Shown here one piece after another: positions 13,001 to 25,962 of a DNA stretch of 64,000 bases (position 1 is the stretch's first letter; each line of letters opens with the position of its first letter). Location of the stretch: positions 62,001 through 126,000 of the forward strand of contig FLMG01001166.1 in the NCBI GenBank assembly GCA_900088475.1, given 5' to 3'. The notes below the pieces were generated by a model. That model searched no databases, was not told where the DNA came from, and was given only the letters and a program-made list of their open reading frames with translations. A program made the translations under genes and the position numbers. This DNA is from Hyphochytrium catenoides (taxonomy: Eukaryota > Protista > Hyphochytriomycota).

Positions 13001-16000
13001 TACAATAAGGCACTTGCAGAGCTGGAGAGGCTCAAAGAAGTGTCAGACATAGCTCTTTCACAGGTTCGAGGCTTCTACAATGTTAGGATGTTATTCCATG
13101 TCCCTAGGTTCTTGAGGAGTGTGTTCTCTCTCGGTAAACTTTTGCCCGATAAGCTGAGCATCAGCCCGCCCTAACAAGCTGTTTATATTGTAACATATCC
13201 TGCCTTCACTGGGCTACATGCAATAGTCCCAGGCGCTAGAAGCCCGTAAGCAACAGCGTGATATGGAGTTTGAGCACCTGCGGGAGCGGCTCCGGGAGCT
13301 AGAAGCTAAGAGTGATGATGATGCTATGATAGGAAGATTGCACCGGAAGATACTGTCAATGAAGGTGCGGCCTATGTTCTTGCCTTTCTTCTCTCTGAGT
13401 ACATTTCTTCAGCCTTCAAGGCTTTTGCCTCGCATTACTGGAGAGTCTCCATCCCCTCCTAGCTGTTCCTCGTTACTGAGCTATTGGCACCCCTCTATGT
13501 GATGCAGTTAAGGTGCTCTGTAACAGTAGCCGCGTTTTCAGCTTCATTTGTGCTTTTAACATCACTTTTCAAAAGGTCAACTACCAGTCCTTTGCCCGAA
13601 AGTACGAGGTCGTCCGGTCCAATCTTCGGCGACAAGAGCTACGAGTTCGGCTGCTGGAGGCTCAACTCGACGAAAGAGAGAAAGAAATTGAATCTCTGCG
13701 AGGCGAGAGCAGGACCAAGATAGAAATACTAGAGAAAGCTCTGAGAGAAATGCACAGGGGTAAGAGACGGTATTGGGGTGAATTACGTGGCTAGTTTCTT
13801 CCCTTGCTTAACCTTTGTTCTGCTGCCATCTGACACTCTTCTCCCCAACGGCTTCTTCAATGCCACTTGGCTGTCTCTCCCGTGATATATTTCACCTCTT
13901 GCGATGCGGTCTATTCGAGTTGCCTTTGGTCTGTTGTTTGTCCACGTCTCTCTATCTTCTTAAATGACCTCACAAACTATTTTCACTAGGGGAAGACGAG
14001 ACCGGAAAGGTCGTTACCATTTCTCAACTGGAGCTTCTATCCAAAAGAGTGAAGGAACTGGCTGCAGAAATCGAAAGAAAGGAGGAAGAGAGAAGGAAAG
14101 CAGTAGACGCAAGAGTTGAGACGGAAAAGAAGCTTGATGTTAGTACGTGCGAGGCAGAAACGCTAAAGGTAAGGCCCTTATCAGGATAGAACATTTGCCA
14201 AAATCTCCTTTCATCGCTGGCTCTGAGCTCAAACAGCTGAGCTTTTAACCTCCTTGATAATAATTTTGCTTGATTCTCACTCTTACCTCGCCCTCAACGA
14301 GCAGCTGCAACTTGCAGATCTCAATCGGTTTTTGGCAGCGAAAGAAAATTCCTCTATCACTGCAAAAACTTCAACCAGACGTCTTCTGGAATTGAGCGAA
14401 GATCTGAAGAGGCATAAGATTGAGCACTTAAGACAGCAGCGAGAAATTGGAAATTTAAGAGACGAAAAGCGGCAACTTCTGGAGCAAAAGGAGAAACTAG
14501 AGGAAGAGGTCCGCAGGCTGGAGGAGGAACTGATAAGCGGCCAGCATTTGGGCAAAGGCGAAGAGCAGGTCACCTTTGAAAGAAGAGAACCAACTTCCCG
14601 CTTGACTCCTCTTTATGTCCTAGAACTACGTTGTGCCAGCTGTCGTCTCGTCTACTATGCTTGATTATCGTTTTGCAAATGGCTTTTTGAAGGACTTCAT
14701 GAGTCCTAAAGCCTTGTTCAGCCTTTGCTGATGGGGGACGCTTTGTTTCAGGATGAGGACCATGCTGCTCTTAAGCCTGTCAATCCGATGGTCCAAGAGA
14801 TCCTAAGGAACATAGGGGTTCCTGGCCTTTCTAGTTCCCTTCCTGACAGCCAGAATAGCGCCAACAGCCTTCAGAAGAAGACGGATATTAATCCAGCTGA
14901 GGACCCAGATGAGAGTGCGCTTAGACTCGGAGAAACTTCTGGAGCGGTAGGACACCTTACTCTATTCTCCCAGTATCTATATCTCATTTGAAGCAGAGGA
15001 GTTATCTTACTGTCTTGAGGATCTCTAATCATTCCTCACCTTCTTGCTTCCTGGTCTACCGTTCCTTTGTGTCCTAAGGAGTCCCCGTCTCTTTGTTTAG
15101 GCTGATAAGCAGCAGTTTGGGTCTCTTCTCTCTTCCCTTACGTCCTACGAAGCAAGGACCCTGTTACCGTTCCTCTCGGACCCTGAGAGCGCTCTGCAGA
15201 AGCTGAAGGAGGCGTCATCGCGGGAGGAAGAGAAAGAAAGAGAAATTCTGGAACTGAAGAAGATGTGTTACGAGTTGCGGAGTGAGTTGGAAGAAGCTCA
15301 CACACGGAGTTCTCAGCAAATGAGGACGTACGAGATGCAGCTAGAGAAGGCCGGTAAGAAATGAAAGTCGTTTTGGGCTGGGCTGGAATTTAACAAACAC
15401 TGTGACTGAGAGACGTGGGACAGAGATAGGGAGAGAGAAGAGAGAGAGAGAGAGAAAGAAAATAAGAGTGAGAGAGTTGGTTATGGGTTGCAGCCAGACC
15501 TTTCAATCGACTCCGTCCTTTTTTTATACGAAGCGTTTTGCCAAAAACGGTAGAGTTGATACACCAATGCTGAGCCCTCGAGATTTTGGAGGACTTGAGA
15601 GCTCGTTTTCTAGCATAGGGAGCCTCGGTCATAGCTTATGTGCTTCTGTCGGTCTGTGCGCCGGGCAATGTTTCTGTGCTCTAAGAACCTACTGCTATAG
15701 GTATAATGCCCATGCGCAGCCCGTCGTCACCAACCGCATCGGGACCACCGTCGCCGACCTCACCACTGCATAGGAAAGTGCTTAACTACTTCCAAGAGGA
15801 CCAACAACAGCTTCAAAGGGCAGCGGCAGCTACGATTTCTTCTCTTAAGAATCTTGTAGAGGAAAAGAACAAGATGATTGAGGAGTATCAACAGAAGATT
15901 GAAGAGCTCCGAAGAAGACACGCAGCCGAGAAGGAGATTGATCAGGCAAGTCAGTTTGGTTAGCGCGCCATTAGGTCACTTTTGGATCTCGTGTCGTGGC

Positions 16001-19000
16001 TGCATTCTACTCTGGTCCTCTCTCAAACTATCCCCTTTAGGGTAGCATTTGTTTACGGTCATTGGTAGCTGTGAAGGTCTTTACCTGTCTGTTGTTCAAT
16101 GCTTGGGCTCTGGGAATGCGTTGTCAATGACTAACCTTCTGATTTTGCTCATTTGAGTTCTCTTGGTTAATCTCACCCCGTCATGTTTGTTCTGTGTTGG
16201 TTTTTCTTCATCAAACTTTACAGGCCGAAATAGAGCGCTTGAACGAGAAGCTCTTTTTGGAGAACACTGAATCTATCGCAAAGCTACGGGAGGCACTGAA
16301 GAAACTAGAGCGAGGTGACGATGGAGAGCGCACACTCGCAGGAGTGAAAGTCAACGAGAATCTCCTACAGCAGTTAGAAGAAGCACATAAGGGGATGTTG
16401 GAGAGAGAAGAGCAAGTGCAAGCTGTTGAGGATGAGCTTAGAAGGGCCCTTGTCATGAAGGACAAAGCAGAGGAGAGAGCAGGAGAGGTGCAAACTGTCG
16501 TTCCTTCACCGTTCGGCACGCTATACTCCTCGCACTTATCTCAGCGCTTCATATTCAGTTGTTTGCCTTTTGTTGTCCCTATATTGACTTCATCACGTTC
16601 CAAGATGATAGCAAGAGCTTACGAATGTCTTCATCGGTTCAGGCTCTAGAAAAGATACAGCTACTCCGCCAAGAGCTGAAGGATGCAAAGAGCGAGGCTC
16701 GGGAAGCGAAGGAAGAGGCAGAGGCAGCTAAATCTGACCGAAGGATGGAAAAAATGCTCTTAGCTTTGAAAAACCAGGTCACTTCAAAGGAGAAGAAGCT
16801 CTCAGGTACTACATTCCCTGTCCCGCGTCGCCCTCTTTATAAATCCCCATGTCCTACGCCGTACTCATCTTGTCTCTACCTTCGATACTGCCTGGAGCCG
16901 CTATGGTTATCTATCGGTTCTCCTCCGTTACTTGTCCTTCTCCTCGTCTTGGTGTCGGTTTAGGTTTAACGCGGTGACGTGACCCTGGCAGGATTAAGGG
17001 AGACGGTGTTACGGCTGAAAGAGGAGTTTATTCAGGCAGAAGAAAGGCACGAAGAAGAAAAAGCGCAAACAGGAAAAGAGGCTAGAAGCCAAGTAAGTGG
17101 CTGTTCGTCCTCTGGAGGTTGAGTATGGGTTGGCGTTTCATCCCACAAAAGTGACGGAATGCTGGAGAGTGCATTGGGAGACCGCAGCTACGTGGAGGCT
17201 GCATACCTACCGAGGACGAAACAAGCAATATGTATTAGGTCTAATTTTTCTTTGTTTAGAACCTGGACCGGCAAGTGGAGCTAGAGGATATGGTAGAAAA
17301 ACTCAACAAGCAGCTGGAAAGCCTAAAAAAGAGATCCGAAAAGCTTCAGGTAACTAAGTGGTGCCCTAGGACATCTGTATCTTTGTTTGTGCTTCCAGAT
17401 GCTTTTTTTCTATGGTCGGCCCCACACAGTCGTTGCGGTAGGCCGCCTTCACTTAGCTCAGTACTAAGTGCGACATGGTTCATCTCAATCCTTATGCTTT
17501 GTCAGGAGTCGCAGTCCAAATTGAAAGATGAGCTAACTGAGGTAAGGAGAAAAGAAGCCTCGGCGCTGAAGGAAAAGGAGGAGCTCCGAGCAATAGTTGA
17601 AAAGATCCAGAAACGGAACAACGATCTCCTCGCTGCTGAAGCAAGGTGGGAGTACTTATAGCTTTTTCGTGGCTTTTCTATGTGTCAGCCAGCATCCCTG
17701 AATCTTCGCTAGCCATCAGTCATAAACCTAGTCATCTTGCCTCTAATGGTGGCCCTTCCTTTCTGCCTCCACACGAGTCCGGAGGGGTCTTTGAGTTCTA
17801 TTGGTCTCCAAGTTCATCTACCCAGGACGCGGTATCCCACCTCGAAACAATTTAGGCAGATTTATTGATAATCCGCTTTGTCTACCTCTACTCGCCACTG
17901 AATCGCATCACGGATCTACGGTTTGCATCTTGCCACCCGCGATTCATCCGTAGGAGTGAAATATCGCGCCTAAAGAGCACATTGGAAGAGGCTCTCATGC
18001 GAGAAAACGAACTAAAGGACAGGGTTAACTCCTTAAAAAAGAAGCTCAACGCGGTTAGCGCAGATTACGGCAAGCACGAACACGGTGAAGAGGCCCAGGA
18101 TCGAGGGGATACTGATCTGTTCCGGGACAGAACAAGAGACTCAAGGGATAAACTCTCTGAGTCATCTGAGTCCCGAACCGGCGCCGAAGGAAAAAGCCAT
18201 CCTGTCACTTCGTTGGAGCAAAGAAGAAAGAGGATAGCCGAGGCAGCAGAAAGACGACAAAAGACTGGTACTTGCTCACATCCATTGTTACACTTATCCC
18301 TACTGTAGGCTCCTACGAAAAAAAACCTGCTTCGAAAAAGTCTCACTTCATCTGGGAATCCTCGTGCTCCCTTTTGTAGCTCTCAAATCACCAGAGTATA
18401 GATCCAAAACCTCTACTCCATTGGCTAATTATCACAATCGCCGCTTGCGGCTCGCTCAACGCATCTCTGCTTTCTCTTGTATGATGTTCCGTGTAGGGAC
18501 ATCTCTACCGTCAAGGCCACCTGTGCGCTCGGGAGACGAAATCGCGGGAGCGAGGGCAAATGACTCGGCAAGACACTTCTGGGAGGCAGAGAAGAAGCTG
18601 AAGAAGCGCATTGATTCGCTTACAAATAGATTAGAAGAGAAAACAATTGAGCTCGCTGAAGCCAACAACGAGCTTTCTCGCACCAAAGAGGCACTATCGA
18701 GGTCTAATAAGGAGGTTGAGGCGTTGAAGAAGAAGCTCGCAGAAAAGGAAGGGGCAAAAAAGAGAGACTTGTCTCTACTTCTTGACATCGAGTCTCTTCA
18801 GAAACGAGTAGTAGAGTTGGAAAGAGAAAACCTTGCGCTAAAAAGAGAGATAGAAGTGGATAATGCCTCGGAGATTGTTAGCCTAAGGCATGAAGTGTCG
18901 GTTCTGGAAAGGGAAAACAAGGAACTAGGGGAGCACCTCGCTGAGCTTAGAGCGAGGTTAAGAAGGAAGGAGTCGTACAACTCTTCTGATTCTGAAGACG

Positions 19001-20729
19001 AAGCACCAGATTCCACGCAGGTAAGTTGTTCAAGGAGCCTTTGGCAAGGGCAATGGTGCTATGACAAAACCGTGATACTTTGAGAGAAACTGGGTAGAAT
19101 GTGGGAGAGAGAACGCTTAGTTCCCAGTGAAGGGATAGAGTTTGCAAGAGAGGTATTGGAGGTAAAAGACTCGTTGTCAAGCGAGTAGATGAAGAGTGTA
19201 AAAGGAGAAAGAGAGGATGTTCTTATTTAATGGCTATACCTAGGACCGTCTACGAGCGCGATTGCAAGAGAAGGGGGAACAGATGAAAGCCTTGGAAGCA
19301 GCAATGTTAGAGAAGGACACCAATCTGATGGAGCTCAGATTCGAAGCCGAGGGTCGCGTACTTCATATAGAAAGACTGGAGAGGAGAGTGGGAGAGCTGG
19401 AGAGCATGATAGAGGATTTCAAAGCCTTAGTCTCGTCCGGAGGCGCAGGAGGCCGAGGCAGTAAAGGAGAACCTGAAGCGAAATCGAGGAGAAGAGGAAG
19501 CGCTGTAACCCAGGAGAAAGGGAAGAGAGAACAAGACTTAGAGACCCTCGTGGGTGCCCTCAGAAGAGTAATTGACAACCTGAAAGCAGGTAAGAAAGGC
19601 GCAGTACATGCCTAGGTTCTGCCCCAGGTTTACCGGTCCGGCTTTTTTTAATGCACTCGTCAACGCTCTAGCATACGAAACACTAACCGTGTATATCTCC
19701 ATCCCTTGTTGACTGATAAACTTCCGAATGTTAAGAAAATGAGCGGTTACGGCGCAGTGGAACTGCGAACACCAAATCAAGCGAAAGTACAAAGAAGATC
19801 AAAGAACTGCAAACTGCACTTCAAAACTCAGAGAGAGAAAGGGCAGATTTGTCGTCTCAACTTCTGTCTAAGCAGGAAGCCGGACGAAAGCTCTCTCAGG
19901 CTCAGGAGGTAATCAGCAGCTTGCGTCGGCAATTGGAGGAGAAGGATAAGGAGGCAACAGAGGCTACCTTAAAGCTAAAGGCCCTACAACAGGGATTGGA
20001 AGAAGGCGCAGCCGGTAGGTTCCTGGACTGAAAATAGCTGTTTTCCTTTTCCTTTTAGAGTTTGCTGAACTTCAATCTTTCAGTGCTTGCAAGCGTCTTT
20101 GTATCCTTAGTTATCTTACTGATCGCCACCCAATACTGACTACTCCATTTAGAACCGGCCACGGTAGAGCGCTTGCGTCGAGAAATCCTCCGTCTCAAGG
20201 AGGAATTAGAGAAGGTTAAGAAGAGAACAGAGCAGACAGAAGAGACCACGAGGTAAGGGACGTTCCATTAGCTCCTGGTAACCAGCGGGTTGTGGGCGGA
20301 GATTAGAGGTGCCAGGGGTGCCAAGTGGAGAAAGACGTGGAGAGACCAAGAAGTGATTTGCCTCTGCTTTCATAGCTCCACCAAAGCCATCGCAAAGCTT
20401 CACCAGGAGATTGACAAACTCCAACGAGAAAAAATGGAGCTTAAAGAAGAGAATAAGAAGCTTACGAGAGAGCTTTCTGCTTTTGATTTGGTAAGTCCAG
20501 TCGTTTAATCGCTTTGGATTCTTCATCTTTGCGTTTCTTGGACAAGAACGCTTTCTTTCTTTGCCAGTAGAGATCTCCTTGACTCACGCTTACACCCTCT
20601 ATTCCCATCGCTATACCTCCAATGCGCCCCCATTAGGAGTTTTTTGAGGAAATCGAAGATCTGAAGTTCCGTTATGCGGAATGCGTGAGGAGGAATGAGG
20701 AGCTGGAGAGACAGTTGCAAGGGAAATAG
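7070..20729 (+). CDS. CEP290: Centrosomal/ciliary transition-zone coiled-coil protein CEP290 (multi-exon)
   Basis: Long E/K/L-rich coiled-coil exons with CEP290-type motifs: KLAVLEVNECVLARKY, SDDDAMIGRLHRKIL, ATISSLKNLVEEK, WEAEKKLKKRIDSL and C-terminal ELSAFDL/EFFEEIEDLKFRY. ATG at 7070, TAG at 20727-20729. Confidence 0.88.
15431..15455 (+). repeat. (GA)n microsatellite in a CEP290 intron
   Basis: gagagagaagagagagagagagaga read directly. Confidence 0.8.
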
Positions 20730-20940
20730 GAACAAGCACTGGTGTTGGAAATGATGAGAGGAGGGAGTGCCAGCTGGTTAAGTTACTTTGTTCCAGTGCT
20801 CTTGCAGGGTTTCCCTCCCCATCTAAAGGGAGCACTGTGGATCCTCCTATTTATTGAAGTCCTTAGATTCACTAATAGCTTCCAAAGCAATAGTGGGATC
20901 TCAAGGGAAGCGGTCTTGGACCTAAGGAGCTATTTATAAT

Positions 20941-23699
20941 TTAACACTCGGGGAAGAAACCCAAGATATCCTTCACAAGAATGTTCCAGAGTACCTGAGT
21001 CGTTGCGCAGCAGCAGAAGTGAGTACACAAAGCAGACTGGAGCGAGTGCGGAGAGGGAAAGCCGCACACTAAGGGCCAAACTCACCTCCACCGCTACCTC
21101 CGCCACAATGAGCCATATCACTATCCATTCTAGCTTTGATGCATGTTGATTCTCCAACTGGTCGTTCAATACCTCAAGGCTAGAGAAGGAATAGGGTATA
21201 GGGAAGAGTGCAGAACAGGACTCAGGGTTTAGATGATGAGGAACGAGAAGACATTCAAGAAAGGGTCTTACAGCTCCTTGAGAATGTCAAGCCTTGCATT
21301 TAAGACCTCCACTCTTCTCTCGACGTCCAGGTACTTCAGCATCTTCTTATACAAAGGCTGTGAAAGGGGTGCACGTGAGCCATCTGAGAGTGAAGGGGAA
21401 AAGGTAATGGTACACTCCTGGTAACCCGAAGGAAGCTGGAGCTTCCTATCAGGACCGCAAGCATTAGAATGAGATCGCTTACCTCCCACTTGTCGTACTC
21501 CCAAAAGAAGTCTGGCTCGTCCAAAATTTCCGAGTTGAGGTTCACGTCCGCTCTCTGACGGAGATGGAATAAAATTGTCAGTCAGCAGCTTATTATCTTA
21601 ACTCCCTCCCTCGCTCTAAAATATCTCGTCTTCGTCAAAAAGGACACCATCGGACTCGAAGCATTCCGCTTTAAGTCTTAGTTACCCGGACGAAGTCCAA
21701 TGGTTTGCCATACCAGACCGTGCAAGAAAGGTTTTTTGCTATAGCTAAGCGGTAGAGAATACTCCCCTGGCCCTATCTATGGGCTACTAATGGCTGGAAG
21801 AAGATCAAAGGGTCTTACCTCTAGAAATATCTTGCCTATCATGGAGGAGATCTCCTTCTGTGTCAAATTAATCTTTCCATATCGGGAAAGCGTCCGTGGG
21901 ATTGTTTGATATTCCTGACAGCTCCATGTGTGAGATCACGCTATGGGCAGGGGCACGGACGAAGGACAGCGGTGGTACCTCAATGACTTCTTCAACGCGT
22001 CGTTCAAATAAATCAAGTTTGGCTGACTGGGCCATGGCGAATGAGAGTGAGAGTTTCTCTAAAGGGTCTGTAGTAGCCAAGGATATTGCATCGTGCTGAA
22101 TACTACCGGGATTTCGTCAGTCATGCTTCATATTGACCAGTAGATATTAAACCAAGCGGAGAAGAGGAGTTGCGTTACACAGCACGGGACATAGGGAGTG
22201 TAACTAGCGCTAGAAGAACTGCTTGGAACATGTGAATTAGAGAGAAGCACTACAGGGCGACATTGGTGGTAAACGTGGTAAGCCACCAGTCAGTAACAGA
22301 GGATCTGAGCAGAAGCGCTTAATCTAACCTGCTAACGTTTGCGTAGTGGAAGACCATGTCATCCGACTCCACATTCTCGACAGGGTTTATTGAGTACTTG
22401 CTCGCCGCAGCCAAATGGGCAGCCTCTTGCTCTGGGGTCATGCCCCAGAAGACCATACATCCCCACCTAAGGAAGAGCGACTCAGTTTGGAGGCATTCAT
22501 GGGAGCCGTTAATTGAATATTTGATCAACCGTAAGGAAGAAGACTTCTCAAGCCATAGGAAGCGTGTGATACCCACTTACGCAAAGTAAAAAGCATCCTT
22601 ATGGGCAGTAATGTCTAGAGGGTCATCATACTCCTGGCCGTCTTCGCTACAGTCATCAGTGAAAAAGAAGTGAAGGCTGAGTCAGAGCAATTCCTTCTAT
22701 ATAGTCAAAGGTGGGAAGTGCCAGAATCAAAAGAGCAACAATCTTTCAAAGGTGAATTCACCAAGAAAGAAAATTTGTCACATGCTAGTAGAGAGATCGG
22801 GTTCTCCCTACCCTCTATTCGGTACTAAACTAGCATGAACTGCTCCCAGGTATAGCTGTGTGGTCCAGCCTTTGGAGCTCATGTCATGGCCCTCAAGGGA
22901 CCTGCATCCGGTTAGCTTGATCCACTTCATGAAAGCAGGCAAGTCTAGCTCCTCACAAGTGCAATACGCCACCACACGGAGCTCAGGCAACTCTCGTGAC
23001 TGAAAGAAGGGTCAGAGATAGGGCCCAGCCAGCGCGGCAGAAGGTTAGATTGCGTAAGTGCACGCATTAAAAGAAGCAAGAGATACACTGACCACTCTCT
23101 CACGAGTAGGGAGTACAGCGCTCGTCGCAGGAGATTGGGGGGAGTAGGACAAGAACATAGAGCCACGCAACGAACCTGTTCATCGCGGGAGAACACTCTC
23201 GCTCGTGCTCTTTTATTCATTCGAGTGCCCTTGCGATTGGGTCCTTGCTTAGGAGTCTACAGCGTTCGCTGTCAAATTTTTGCACGCAGTCCGAAGACCA
23301 TTGCCCTTCTACCTTTCCTGTCTTCTTGTCACGCGCTCTTCGACTCTCGTTCGCCATTTCTAACAACCGCTTCTCTGTTGAAGTAGACCCAGTGAGCCCG
23401 ATATCCCCCAAACGAAGAGGAATAGGATTATATACCCGCAGACAGACGAAGGCAGAAGCTAGGTGGGGGAGATAATGCAATATTTAGAGCGTTGAGCTCG
23501 TAGGAGAGGAAAGCGTACCAGGATATAATGCAGAATCTGACTGATAATCCGGCGTCTGACTTCGAAAGTCTGAGGGCAGCTTAATGTTCCCCTCCGATAG
23601 TCGAGATGACTCCATGAACCTCTCGCCAAGTAAGGGAGAGCTTTCATCAAGCCTCGCCCCCTCGAGGTGATGGGTCGGCGCTGAGCTTCTTCTCTCCAT
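20941..23699 (-). CDS. RMD1: RMD1/RMD8/Sif2 (DUF155, RMND1 family) protein, multi-exon
   Basis: VVAYCTCEELDL, WGCMVFWGMT, EKLSLSFAMAQSAKLDLFE, VNLNSEILDEPDFFW, YLDVERRVEVLNARL, HASKLEWIVIWLIVAEV. Last exon VLWNILVKDILGFFPEC* ends at 20941. Start ATG at 23699 is inferred. Confidence 0.88.
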
Positions 23700-24476
23700 A
23701 CTTATAGACAATCGTAACACCAGTTTATCTGGCTTGCGGAAAGGCTATAGACCTGTCAAACGTATCATTAGTGTGCATCTATAGACTACCAATCCTCCTC
23801 TTGCTCATGTGTGTGGCGACTCTCACGCACACAGATCCCACGCCTCCAGGAACCGTAGTGACTATCGTTCAAGAGCTCACACGACTAGTGGCTCTCATAA
23901 ACATCACTGCGGATAGTTCAGGGAAAGAAGAGGGCTTGGTAGTCACAAGCTGGGGAAACTGAAGAGGTGGGCCAGGATGGAGGATGGACCAATGGAGGAT
24001 GATCAAGCAAGCGGACGCAGAGCATGACTGCAGCCCGCAGTCTGGACTTCAGCTTGTCCGGCGGCTGCAGGGGAGGAGGATCTTGGACACGCTCTTTGAG
24101 ATACAACGTTCCTCGTCTGCACTCTACAGTATAGGGAAGGTTCTCACTTCATAATCAGTTACCTAAATCGTTCTTCGATTGATAATCTCATCGGAAGGGA
24201 CTGAGAAGTTCGTTCTCGCTCGCTGATGGAGAAGTTTCTGCTTCGGATGATGTCGGAGCATGTTCGCACTTGCGTCGCTTCAAGAAGGGAATCTGTCAGG
24301 GACGAGTCAGCAGTGAGGAGATTCATTGGCAGTCTGCAAAAGCTCTGTATAGCCAACTCATTGAGCGAGGCTTCCCGTTGGAATATGGAGGCGTTCTGGA
24401 GACTGGCATCGCCTGTGGAAGAGTAACTTTGCCTATGAATGCCCTTGCGTGGGGAAGAAGAAGAGACCGCTGAACG

Positions 24477-25425
24477 ATGTGCGGTAAGAGGTGGTTCGCG
24501 TTCAAGAGTGGAGATGTCTCTTGGTGGACTGCATTTGCATTCACACTTGGTAGTATCGCATGGGTCGCAAACGGTATAATAGTCTTCCATGAGCCCATAA
24601 GCGACAAGCATGCGTCTTACTTAGCTGAAGCCTACACCGGTTTTGCTGGAGGCACCTTTTTCCTTTTTGGTGGGCTATTCATATACTGGGAAGGACTGAA
24701 CCAGGAATGTCAAGAAGCGTTCGGACACAAGGCTGTGGGTTTATGGCGCAATCTTAAGCCAGTGATACCATTTTGTAGACAAAAGCTGTCTGTCGAAGAT
24801 CAAGAGAGAGAAGGAGCCCCGCGCGATGCTCCGCCACAATACTCAGCCCATCTGGATGGTAAGGATATGAACTATGCATAGAAGCACGGCCTGTGAAGCT
24901 TATGTCTACGTTGTAGGGGGAAGAAGTGAATCACAAAGGTGCAGCATCTGGCGGTGGTATGGGCTTCGGCCATGGACCGATCTCTACTTCGCTGCTGGAG
25001 CTTCACAATTCCTCGCGGTGATGATCTTCTGGACCAGCGTTGTGTCTCTGCTGCCCGGCCTTCTACCAGAAGAAGAGAAAGAGGACCCAGAAGCTTACCG
25101 GTGGGCCTACTGGACTCCTCAGGTTGTAGGGGCGGCCTTTCTTATCCTTAGCAGTGTATTACTGACGGTCAAAGAGCAGCCTACGTGGTATCGGCCTCAG
25201 CCATTTGATCTCCTCTGGCACGTTGGCTTTTGGAACGTAATAGGGTCGGTAGGGTTCTGGCTTAGTGGCTTGTTTGGCTACTGGCCGGGAGAAAACATGC
25301 AGAAGTGGGGTGTCTCGTTCTCAACCTACTGGGGTAGCTTTGCATTTCTTTTAGGCAGCTATCTTCAGCTGTTTGAGGTTATAAACAGAGACGTAGGGAC
25401 CAAAGACTGCGAGTTAGGTGGTTGA
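24477..25425 (+). CDS. Uncharacterised Trp/Gly-rich integral membrane protein (about 6 TM), resembling a family common in fungi; 5' end uncertain
   Basis: SWWTAFAFTLGSIAWVANG, WTPQVVGAAFLILSS, WHVGFWNVIGSVGFWLSG, STYWGSFAFLLGSYLQLFE. One GT-AG intron at about 24859-24915. Confidence 0.75.
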
Positions 25426-25962
25426 AGTGTTGATCTCACTGAGAGTTCAAGACCTTTCAATCACAGGATAACTAGGGCTGAAGTAAGGTTATCCTCGCGA
25501 GAAATCAGTGATCTAGGGAGGGACAGTGTCTGGTGACCGCAGTCGTTGGACTATAGAATGGAGGGAGATAGACACAACCCCAACCTTCCAGCCGCTAAGC
25601 TATCTAGCGTCTGACAACAGCTCAATTTTATGTGGAGCATGTGTGTGGCTATAACATCGCTGTGATGGTCAGGATGACGGGTTGTATAGCCTGAGTGATG
25701 TTCATTGTCAAATCTCAATGACCATCCCTAAGGCTGGAAAGGACCAATGGAACAGATCGAAGGCGCAGAGCTTAGGGAGGTCTCACTGAAAAGATTGTCG
25801 GGCCATGTCTTTGAAAGCAAGCGCTAGGAGGTTAGTAGATTTTAATAAACACTTATGGTCGATAGAATCAGACCGGCATTGGAAGGGAGCGTAAGAGAGG
25901 AATGACTGCCTCTCGTAATCTTAAGGGTCTATCTGCCCGTTATGCCCGCGTCAGTCCATTCC

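Noticed and set aside
7595-20835. Many minus-strand S/L/F-rich ORFs over CEP290
   Set aside because: Antisense shadows of GAA/GAG/AAG-rich coiled-coil exons.
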